Of a DNA stretch of 64,000 bases, positions 52,632 through 64,000 are shown piece by piece. Position 1 is the stretch's first letter; each line of letters starts with the position of its first letter. The position numbers and the translations under genes were made by a program. The notes under the pieces were generated by a model. The model searched no databases. It saw only the letters and a program-made list of their open reading frames with translations, and had not been told where the DNA came from. The stretch is from Octopus sinensis (Eukaryota). Where the stretch lies: the NCBI RefSeq assembly GCF_006345805.1, contig NC_042998.1:77872001-77936000 (forward strand), given 5' to 3'.

Positions 52632-53829
52632 GATGATAGTGATGGAGATGATAATCATTAATACTTAAAACATTTTCCAAAGATTATTATATAAATATTG
52701 ATACACACATGAGGAGAGAAAAAGACAAGAGATAACTGACAAGTCGATATTTACCTAAATAAAAGAATTAATGAATAAAATGCGCAAAATATGTTCACAA
52801 AATGGAGTCAATGTTAAATTTTAAATAACTAAAAATTTCCATTTAAATACATGTTCACTTACATACATGTATAGACATCACTGCAATAATGCACATCAAA
52901 TGTATTAAACTGCATGCGTCATATTTTTATTTTTATATGTTAATATCATTGCAGACGATATTAAACACTTCGTATAAACACACATTATATACACACGTAT
53001 CAACTTCATCATTGATATCACATGTTTTTATCACTATCTTACATATTGATTAAACTTCAAGTTCACACACTTGATGTTCATTACACATCGCTAATATAAA
53101 CATCGCTAATGTACACATAGCCAAGCACTGGCAAAATGTGTCCAAAATAACAATAGCTAAGAATCAACAAAAATATTTTTCGATATGTCATTTTGATTTT
53201 AGTGGCACATTTCATTGGGGTAGGGTTCGGGAAAAGGTGGTTCTTCCATTCTACAGAGAATTTCGAAACTATCCAACGTGGAAAATTACCTGAAATTCGT
53301 GACTCAGTTATGGCAAACGGAAGCGGCATTCTTAGCGGAAATAAAAAGATTAGTTTATAAAGCAAAAATTCCAGTATTATTACGTTATTAATTTTCTATT
53401 TAGTATAATTTTAATTCTTGTTTAATTCTTTTTATTGGCTTTTAAATTTTGCTCTTTTATCTTTGTATGTTTCTATGCGTGTATAACTTTGTGCCTATGA
53501 GGTATGTGTGTAAGTGTTAATGCATTTTTCGTATTGAATATTTTAGTAATTATGGACTTATAATATTGCTTTTATACGACATTCATTATTACCATAACTT
53601 GGCGAAAAGAGTACTGTGCAGTATTAAATATAATGTTGTATGTATTTGTATTCCTTAATTATTTCGTCTGAATTATGACATGGTTCACTTCGCCACTCAT
53701 GTTTCTAAGATAAATATAAAATTACCGGTCAATGTCTCAAATTTGGGAAACAACGGTCAGTGAGACCACTTTGAAAGCATGGAAGCCGGTGTCTCGAAGT
53801 GCGCGGTGCTCACTTTGAAACAGGGAAAA

Positions 53830-55305
53830 CAGCAGATTGTGGGGGCATAGAATTGCCAAACGGAAAAAGAATGGAAGACCTGGAATGTGTGAGAACAAGT
53901 ACTTTGGGATCTTGGAGCTAAATAATATCTTAAAGAGAGAAATGAAAGACAAAATCATCACCTCATATTTGAAGCGCCTCAAACTTCTCTTGAATTCAAA
54001 ACAGAACTCAGAGAACCTTGCGACAGCTATCAATATATGGGCTGTTGCTGTAGACCGCTACAGTGCACTCATCTTGAAATGGACACAAGCGGAGATTAAC
54101 CTACTCGGTTCCGCCACCTGAAAGACGATGATAATACATGGTGGCCTCTACCCCAAGGCGAACGTACACAGGCTTTACATGAAGGGGAGTAAAAATGGAT
54201 TTGCACTGATTGACATAAAAGAGAAACAGCAAACAAGACCTGCTACAGTTTGCTGCTAATACAGAAGGATTTACCAAAAATGGATTTGAGAGTGCGTATG
54301 AATTCCGATCTCGAATAACCACAGCGAAAGAAGAAATCCAAATCCGCATGGAATTACATGGTCAGTTCCACCGTGAACTTAGCAAATGAAAACAGCAGGA
54401 AGCATCATGGAGGTGGCTCATCAAGCGTGACCTGAAACAGAATACTAAAAGCCTAATCATCGCTACCCAGGACCTGGCATTGAATAAAAACTCAGTGAAA
54501 ATAGGTATATACCACAGAAGTGCAATGAACCTCTGCAGAAGGTATGGGGAGAGGGTCGAAAATGTGACTCATATCGTTAGTATTTGTGAAAATCTTGTGT
54601 AGAGAGAGTAGAAGCACAGACGCAAGCTAGCCCCAAATCTCCACTGGCTACTATGCCGCAAGTATGGATATGATGTTACGGGTGCTTGGTACCAACATAC
54701 ACCGGAAAAAGTAATGGACGAAAATGGGGAGGACAAAATCTTCTGGGACTTTGACTTCGAGACAGAAAAAGGTGTTAGAGCACCGAAGGCCAGATATAGT
54801 AACCTTTAGGAAGAACAAACTAGAGTCCCTAATAATCGACGTGGCAGTACCAGTAGATCAACTTATTATAAAAGAAAGATAAAAAAAAATGAGAGTGGTC
54901 ATGGGAACTGCCCATGTGCTACGTAAAATACTGTCAATGTAATCCGAAAATTTAAAACAAACTTATAAACTTTTTACGTTTTCTTAAATATTCTCTAGAA
55001 CAATACTTTGTGCGAAACCAAATATAAGGCACCCTAGTCATAACGCCAAGTTGAACTTCTAACTAGTTGTCTCTTGACGTCCCTGGGCGAGACTTGGAGT
55101 CAACTTGTACAAGTACAAAGCAAAAGTCAAATATATAATGATAATAATAATAATAATGATGATGATGATGATGATGATGATAATAATAATAATATAATAA
55201 TAATAATAATAATAAAATAATAATAATAATAAATAATAATAATAATAATAATATAATAATAATAATATAATAATAATAATAATAATAATAATGATAATAA
55301 TGATA
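53830..55305 (+). mobile_element. Decayed 5'-truncated RLE-type LINE with (AAT)n tail
   Basis: KYFGILE, YLKRLKLLL, AINIWAV, knuckle region, IFWDF, GTAHVLRKILSM*, 3' UTR shared with copy B, long AAT tail. Confidence 0.88.
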
Positions 55306-55699
55306 AAATTTAGGTACAAGATTAGCAGTTGTGAGGAAAAGGGTAAAGGACATCACAGGAGCATATTTCAATGAAAGATTAACCTTAGCTCTAAAATGGT
55401 ATCAACGATAAAATATTCAATATGGCTACCGTAGCTTTTCCAGAATATGATAGGAACATCAACAATATCTTAGTAAATGAAATGATGTAAGCTACATCAC
55501 AATTATTCACAGGGTAAATTTGTACTTCCATAGAAATTTTCATATGTAAACCTAGGAAACTACGTGAAATATAAAAACACAGTATAATAAAAATAGTGCT
55601 ATAAATAAGGATCTCTTAATTCTGAGCGAAAACGACAGGTAAAAGACATGTAGGAAATTTAGATAAAAAGATACAAATACTACAGAAATTTTACATTTT

Positions 55700-57420
55700 A
55701 TAAAAACTACTTAAAATCAAGGATCGTCGAAAATAAAGATTCTCACTAAATTGCAAACAATCATTCATTATGAAAAGTGCCAATAGCTCTTTGAACAAGC
55801 CAATCCCTGAACGATTTTATCAATAAGTAGATAGAAACAAAACAGGAATCAGCATTAACAAAGAGGAAAATTGCAAAATCTGAACTGAGAATTATGGAGA
55901 TTATGATAGATCTTCGCCGGCAAGAATATACAAAACAAACTAATGCAGCAAAAGATAAGTGGAGAAGAGAAATAATAATGAAAGAAGTAGCACCTCAACA
56001 TTTAGAAAACAAAAGGAAAGGATAAAGCTCGAAAAGGCAATCTGAAATATCTACTTGATACCCACAAACAGCTTGTAAAGTATTCAATGATGTTTTGAAA
56101 GTGTTAGAAAAAATGTGACGCACAGAAGAGAAAGCCATCTCAACTTCAATAATGAAGAAATAGCGAGGCTCATAGTTTCAAATTTGGAAAAATATAAGCA
56201 GCCGTTTTTACAGTATATAATTCACTAAGTGCAACACGTCTAAAAACGATAATTTCTTACATGGTACACCTTCCATGGGACAGAAAGAAAGCCGCCAAAA
56301 TTCAAATGGGTATAAATATCAGATTATGATCAACAATGTTATAACTGAGAGATTTAGGTGAGCAACAAAAGATTCAGCATGATATGTATTTATTGGGAGC
56401 TAGTTTTTGAGACTGTTATTTCCATGCAAGGATTCTCGAAACATCAAAGTAGAATCATTAACAAATGATTACCAAACACTTTACAATAAATGACAAGCCT
56501 GCAAATTCAAAAAGACAGACTAATACAAGTCAAATCGACAGCACATTATAGGAAAAATATTCAAAATCTTCCCCCACCAGACATCTATTTTAAGCTTGCG
56601 ACAAATACATTTGCACACAGCATTAAACAAGACAATATGCAAATTATATGTACTATGGTGTGATAATCATTTCCTATACATGGACGACATTCTATGGACG
56701 ACGTTCTATGCTGCAGATGACGGACCACTGGAAACACTTCTGCAGACATTCCACGGAATGAATTGAAGAATTCACGCGAAATTAGATTTAGATAAATGCG
56801 CCAAATCTCTGTTGAAGATGTGAAAATTAATTGAAACTTCTAATATTGTACTGAAGAACGTGACAGAGATGAGAATGAGATCAAACACGGGATTACGCAA
56901 ATTTATGAATTAACGAAGAAGACCTTGTACAACACACATAAATGAAAGAAAATGTGAAGAGGCTTTATCATGCATGCACTAGGTTAATATACAAAATTAT
57001 GCTAATGTTGAACGCATGGTAATAGAATCAATATGAAAGATGTTTCGGAAATAGATTAAACATCGAACATTCTCAACTGGAAAGCTATTATAAACTAATA
57101 ATTGTCTGAGTACGAAACTAACTACTAAACAATTTATAATTGTTACACTCTGGCGAACAAACAGGAGACAGGTTGGAGTAACAGGTACGACCATCATAAA
57201 ATTGACAGAACAAGAAAATCTATTTAAAAAATATATTTAGGCTATGAAAAATACCCTCCAAGATTGTGCAACATGCATGAGAATAAGGAAAAAACTCGTT
57301 GCACCGGTTGGACATACTGAAAACCTCAAACTGAACTATACCAATCAGAAACCAGAAAACAAAATAAAGCAGAAAAATAAGACGCAATCAGAATAGGTGA
57401 AGGTTATAAAGAAATAGTCA
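55700..57420 (+). mobile_element. Very old RLE-type LINE reverse-transcriptase relic
   Basis: NHFLYMDD, FYAADD..LETLLQ, LDLDKCAK around 56660-56810; the rest is heavily disrupted. Confidence 0.5.
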
Positions 57421-57733
57421 ATCACATTGCTTTTGGCCAGAAATGAATTAGGTATACAGACGCAGCAGAAACCTAAATCAGATCTATATAATATCCTCAG
57501 AAAAGATTCCTACAAAAGCTTATTACGTAATATGTTCTACAACAAACTGCACACACACACACACACACACATATTGTTAGGTATATCTATAATCAGTAAA
57601 AATAACGAGAAAATATAATGAAGGAAGAGAACTTACAATGTTTTCTGAATGAGGAGAGATAAGCTTTTGTGATGAAAGATATACGACTTTTTTGGCAGAG
57701 TTGAAATGACGTAGGTATATATATACATATTTA

Positions 57734-57816
<83 letters not shown>

Positions 57817-57878
57817 GTATAAAGTAATGATTATTGGCACATCAATCATCAATCTAACTGTTGGACATTACTACCATT

Positions 57879-58112
57879 TTCAACCCCCAGGAAGAGCCTC
57901 TTCCACGTAGTTATCGATGCAATCTACAACCGGTATATATTGCAAATAGCAGCGTGAACCCCTTCCACCTTCTAGTATACGATGGGATCCACAACCGAAC
58001 GGTTTGGGGCTATTTGTACCCATTGTTAGTGGTGAACACCCGGGCGCTTGCAATATATACCGGGTGCTGATTGCATCAATAACCAGCTGGAAGAGGTTCT
58101 TCATGGCGTTAA
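57879..58112. mobile_element. MITE with ~65-bp imperfect TIRs, possibly piggyBac-derived
   Basis: gaagagcctcttccacgtagttatcgatgcaatc...ccggtatatattgcaa mirrored at 58048-58102; ends ttcaacccc / gcgttaa resemble TTAA-CCC termini. Confidence 0.65.
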
Positions 58113-58203
58113 AAACGGTTGTTACGTCGAATAGCCATGCTGATATGGCGATAAGAATTACTTCTCAGTATAGTTAATATTTACATCTCTTATAGAGATT
58201 TCC

Positions 58204-58270
<67 letters not shown>

Positions 58271-58440
58271 AGTGCTAGTTCTGCGAATTGTAACCGTAGG
58301 CTTGGTTGGTTATAGTTTTGTTGTTTTGTATCTAACGACTCGTACGTCTTGAATAAAATCGATGCTGTATATAAGGCTTTCAAAAATGTACAACAAAAAT
58401 ATTAGCATCAACAACAATCTACATAATAATAAAACAAGTA

Positions 58441-58793
58441 AAACAGTGTATTGTAGACTGCAAATTAAGCGTAGTGTAGATATCTTCGGAGTAGAGACTA
58501 GGTAGATAAAAACTTAAATTCAAACTCCATCCTCCAGGTTGGTACCACTGGCGGGGAAAAAGCAGCTAAATTAATGGTGTTTGGGATGATGTTTGGGATG
58601 AGGGTGCGGATAGAGGGAATTGAGAAGCTGTCACCCGTGTGATTCTGATGTGAATGACCACCGCGTTATTAGAGATGATCATGATGATGATCATGATGAA
58701 GACAGCGATGTCTATAGTGCTGATGATGATCATTATCACACGTTTCAATCAGTACATCAGTAAATTAAAAAGGAAAAATATAGGAAGCATCTA

Positions 58794-58825
<32 letters not shown>

Positions 58826-61344
58826 CACCACCACTACTACTAGTAGTAGTATTATATCCATGACAACAAGAAACCAGCCAACAAAGTCAATTAACAAACT
58901 ACATCTGTAAAACGTAATAAACTTCATTAGAAGAAACATTGTGTAAAAATCAAATACCACCAGCAGAAACATAGAGAATGCAAGGCTATCATCATTATCG
59001 TCATCATCAGCAACAGCAACAGCAACATCAACAGCGATGAACCACATTAGCATCAACGAAACCAACAATTAAATTAAAGAATGAAAACATCGTCATCTAC
59101 AAAAACAAAAACAACAACAACAACACAGTCAACGACATGTGCAGCATCAATAAGAAAGAAAAAAACATAGAAAAGCTCCGGCTAATAACAAACACCAAAA
59201 GCGAGAAATCACATCAACAAGCAACAATATCAACGTAAACAAGAAACAAAGAAAGAGAAGGAGGAGGAGGGGGATTTGTGGGGGGGAATGGAGGAGGTAT
59301 AGTAGAGGCGGAGGAGCAAGAGGAGAATAAGGACAGTAACAGCACCAACAACAATAACATACAAACCAGCCCACATACGGCAACCACGAACAAAAAAGAA
59401 AAGCATCTTAAGAACAATAAATTAAAACGTAAACACCACGAATAGAAGTGAATAGAACGACAGCGAAAACAACAAACAATATTACGAAGCAATACTGATG
59501 CCCATCTTCTTCTGTTCATCTCTTCCTCCTCCTCTTTATCATCATCATCATCATCATCATTTCATTACCATTGCCGACCAATGACAGCAAGAATGACAGC
59601 ATCAACAACAGCAATAACACAAACACCAATAATTTATTGAGCGATACAGAAAACCAATTAATTTTCAGCAGAAACCATAGTAAAATTTAAATTTCATGCA
59701 ATCCTAACAACAGCAAAATCAGCTACAAATTTCAACAATAAAATGATGTGAATTTCTAAGAACAAAAGATAGACATTTCATTATAAACTTTAATTTCATG
59801 AGGATTATAATGATGATGAGGTTGGAAGGATGATGTTGTTGGTGATGTTTGGAATGAGGATGTGGGTTGAGGGAATTTAGAAGTTGTCACTGGTGATTCT
59901 GATGTTAATGACCGCGTTATTAGAGAGGATCATGATGATGACCATGATGAAGACGACGATGTCTATGATGCTGATGATGATCATTATGGCACGTTTCAAT
60001 CCGAAAATGCCATCTCTTTCCTCCAGTCGAGTTGACATTCAGTGTAATCCTAGCATAAGTAGCTGCAGTAACAATGAGTCCAAAGTCGAACATCTGCATG
60101 GTTTTACGATATTATAAGTGTAGGAATCGAATTCCCTTAAAACACCTCGACCGTCTTTAAAAAAAGTTAAGAAAGAAGACATTGGATAAGATAATGCAAG
60201 GTATCCTTAAAATGATAGAATGGTCAAGCTGAAATGTGTTTTGAGGATAAGTCAGATCCCTCTGAGTTGGTCATGGGATAAGCATTATCAATAAAAACAC
60301 TTTGATTCATTTCGGTTAAAAGTATGGGGATAAAATTTGTTCAAACAATTAGAAATAGTTTGCAAAGCATGTTTTTGAAAACTTTGCGAAGAACTGCAAA
60401 TCATATTTCTTGTTGTTTAAAACGAGAGATTTCTTGCTCAACCAGACCTTTTTTGAAGACGTAATCAGCCATCTCACCTGTCATTTTTCGAGAACAATGG
60501 TATTTACAAGAACCACATTATTATATTTACTTTTTCTTTAGTCAACAGGGTGGAATTTGCTATTTATTAAAGAACTTCGAGCGACAACTAAGTGACTGTT
60601 ACCTAGATTCATTTTTCGCACGGTCAATATCATGGTGTAAACTGAACCCCATATTTGTAAGTAGAGAACTATGGTCATTTATTATATATTACATCCTAAC
60701 TGAAGCATGTTTTGAGTAGCCCATTGATGGTATTTGTTCATAGCTAATTCGTTGCCAGATCGAGTTACAAATATTGACTATTGGGAAATTGGGAGTAGTT
60801 AATCTCGCCGCCGTGCTATGTTTAACTCCAAATCAGTACCGATTCAGCAAATTTGTGTTAAAGTGCAATAGAGTAAATTTATAAAGTCAGTAAATCTACT
60901 CCGCACTATATGTGTACACACACACAAACAAATAAACATAAACACAAACACAAACACACCCACGTACAAACACACACACACACAGAGGAACTTATGTTAT
61001 TGCATACACCTATGTAATGGGTGTACGTGATTACGGCATAATTCACGGTTCTCTCCAAACAGCTGTCATGATAACATTGTTACGTAACTACTTTCGTATA
61101 CTATGTATTCGTTTATTCTTTACTTTGTCTTTTGAGTTCTGTGTTAATATAGGTATTAAGCCGATTTGCGTTTATCTGTCTTTCAAATGCCATACCAGCT
61201 CAACGAAACCATTAATTTAGCTGCCTCTTCACGCCAGTGGTACAATCCTGGATGATGGAGTTTGATTTTAAATTTTTATCTACCTAGACACTACTCCGAA
61301 GATATCCACACCAGGCTTACTTTGCATTCTCCAATACACTGTTT
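58441..61344. repeat. Inverted pair 58441-58578 / 61208-61344 enclosing a direct pair ~58581-58750 / ~59845-60000
   Basis: Both pairs visible by eye, each roughly 80-85% identical. Confidence 0.75.
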
Positions 61345-61406
61345 ATTTAAACACGTCCCCCCACATACACACATATACACGGGTGTGTATGATTGTGTGT
61401 GTGTAC

Positions 61407-61437
<31 letters not shown>

Positions 61438-61589
61438 ATATAGTGTACACACACAACACACACATGTATAATGTGTATATATATATTTATATATATACAA
61501 ACACATATATACAGACGTATATATTATCACACACACACACAAATGTATATATATACATATATATAAATATATATATAATAAATCTCTGA

Positions 61590-61785
61590 ACGAGGAATGC
61601 GTGCGCTGATGACGGGTAAATTCTCAGAAACCCGTATCACGCCAGGTCAACGATGGGAAGGGTGGCTTTCCTTTGCAAATACTGATAGGGCACAGAAAGT
61701 GTGTAAATAGCCATCTGGAGAAGATGTTCTCCTGGGGCTACAAGCTACAGTAGCATCTACTCGTAGTTGTTAGCCACATTTAAGT

Positions 61786-61790
<5 letters not shown>
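61590..61790 (+). mobile_element. Pseudo-LTR-like repeat between (TA)n tracts with a degenerate hammerhead at 61599-61642
   Basis: GCGUGCG-CUGAUGA-CGGGUAAAUUCUCA-GAAA-CCCG-UA-UCACGC. Confidence 0.5.
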
Positions 61791-61855
<65 letters not shown>

Positions 61856-62535
61856 TTTGTATTTTCTCTTGATGCCGTATGAATACATAATGCGGTTTTA
61901 GAGTCAAGCTTTGACTGGTATCTCTAGCATGGTGGTATCTTTTAGATACCCTTAATTATAATTTTTAATATATATACATACATAACGATTTTGCTTTTGC
62001 ATAGTGATATTAGACCTCAGATGTTAGGACTGAATACTTTTGACGCAATCTCAGCAAATCAAGAAATCATTCCTTAGAAGTGTTCCATGTACTGAACATG
62101 TAGATACTTTTTTGCAAATGGAAAACTCAAAAGATTTCCTTTTTGAAATCGAAGGAAGAAAACAGTCAATGACAAAAGTTAAGAGAAGATTAATGGTTCC
62201 AAATCTGATGCAGAACTAGAAATAGTAAACACCTCTACTGAAACGAAGGTGTTCAATTTTACCTCATAACATGCATGTCTGAAAAGCTGTAAAGAGCGAA
62301 GGAACTTAACACAGTGCGAAAATCTCATCACAAAAGTATCGTGTCATTATGCCATGGTTTTCAGATACTTATATCATTATAATTTTTATTTAAGAAACTA
62401 TTTCTTCATATATTGTGAGTGCCCAAATAATATTTTACAAAATTTTATACTCATACACACACACACACACACACGCACGCACGTAATCTCTCCCCCCGTC
62501 TCTCTCTCTCTCTCTCTCTCTCTCACTCACACACA

Positions 62536-62570
62536 CATACGTGGTCTGATCAATAAGTATCCGAACTAGA
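62536..62570 (+). mobile_element. Isolated mariner-like terminal repeat remnant
   Basis: TA-cgtggtctgatcaataagtatccgaact; a related remnant occurs near 63166. Confidence 0.4.
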
Positions 62571-62809
62571 CTACTGCGATGCTTCTAAAATATAACACCA
62601 AATAATCTAACGGTATTCATTCTTTCTATCCACAGTGAGAAGATTTTGCCTTATATAATGACTTAATTACAGCGATTATAATGTTTAGGCTTAATTGAAA
62701 TAGCTGTAGGAGAATGTGTCTGATTTTTGCAGATAATAAGATTTTATTAAATGCTATATCTCCATTTTCTTAATTTTCTTTTGAATAATTATAAACTATG
62801 GCTTATATA

Positions 62810-62812
62810 TAA

Positions 62813-62871
<59 letters not shown>

Positions 62872-62950
62872 CCATCACCATCACCATCACCATCACCACC
62901 ACCACCACCACCACAACCACCACCACCACCACCACCACCACCACCACCTC
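62810..62950. repeat. Compound (CAT)n-(CACCAT)n-(CAC)n microsatellite
   Basis: Directly visible. Confidence 0.95.
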
Positions 62951-63705
62951 CAATATATATATATATATAATGAAAAAAGGGTAATAACATAGATTACTAC
63001 CAGTGGCCCAGCACAAAAGACGAATTAGTCATTAGACAAAATATTATTTATATAGAAATATAATTAAGGGCTCCCAAATAAGGATGCCAAGTGCTAGGGA
63101 CACCAAAAAAAGGGATAAATTCATCGAAAGTGAAGATCAAAAATTTAATTTACCATTAACGATATATCCCGGACTGATCAGTTTCTACCTCTTTCTAGCA
63201 AAACAGACAGAATATGTTTGCTAAGGCCGGTTTCATCAGCGAGACGCTTTTGTTAGTTCGAGATGCACAGAGCGTTAGACCATGTGTTGATCTAAACAAT
63301 TTGTAAATCTTATATATATATATAATGGATATCTCATAAAACTATTCCGCACTTACAATGACAGCCATAAAATCAATCCAACACACCTATCAGCTGCCCC
63401 ACGGATATCACTATGGTTTTGATACCTGAGCTGTACCATTCAATCTAGTGATGTCAACAGCACTAAAATAAGTGCTGTTTAGGAACAAACATACCTTAGA
63501 TATCACGACCTTCATTCAATCTTAATTCTAGGAAGCATTAAATACTAACATTATTAATTAAACTACAAAAATGAAACCACATTTACCCATGTACAAAAAA
63601 AATACCTGTAATTAATAATTGTTTAAGTAAACCTATATCTCCTAAATTATCTTGAAGTCCATACAGATAACATTCCCAACAGTCAGATTTATATATATAT
63701 ATATA

Positions 63706-63735
<30 letters not shown>

Positions 63736-63738
<3 letters not shown>

Positions 63739-63860
63739 ACAGTAATACCTCACTTTGCGATGGCCCAATTTACGAGGCCCCGGGTTTACGAGATTTTACG
63801 AGTTTTAGCTTCTGAGCGTTGTCCGAGAGCAAATTAACTCGTATATCGAGACATTACACT
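63736..63860 (+). mobile_element. Tigger/pogo-like terminal fragment
   Basis: cagtaatacctcactttgcga...ttacgag repeats...ccgagagcaaattaactcgtatatcgag. Confidence 0.5.
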
Positions 63861-64000
63861 ACCCCCCCCCCCACACACACACATACACACATATACATAT
63901 ATATGGGTATACCTTCCAAATAACAAACTCGGATATTTTTTTCTTTCAGCCTCGCATAAGCTTCTATAAAAGATATTTAAGCGAATTACCGTTTTGTCAA

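Noticed and set aside
59845-60050. Acidic Asp-rich reading frame
   Set aside because: Derived from GAT-rich low complexity; the paralogous copy at ~58581 is frameshifted and has stops.

Overview
AT-rich eukaryotic DNA saturated with microsatellites and transposon relics. The SINE families, (TA)n/(CA)n/(AAT)n tracts and LINE mix point to an octopus or other coleoid cephalopod (inference from recognised repeats). I found no intact host gene; essentially all ORF-track hits are microsatellite translations or decayed transposon frames. Content: several 5'-truncated RLE-type (R4/Dong/NeSL-like) LINEs, a CR1-like LINE, RTE tails, a Penelope-like element (RT + GIY-YIG) with ~1.1 kb inverted arms, mariner and maT-like DNA transposon relics, MITEs, Helitron/DINE-1-like elements and tRNA-derived SINEs. 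The main observation is a ~480-bp tandem array (5921-7565) in which every full unit carries a complete type I hammerhead ribozyme on the minus strand, i.e. a retrozyme-like, potentially circRNA-producing element. It is joined directly to a piece of the terminal repeat of the neighbouring Penelope element, whose repeats carry a variant hammerhead-like motif (U3:A8). Boundaries were read by eye and, for decayed elements, are approximate to tens of bases.
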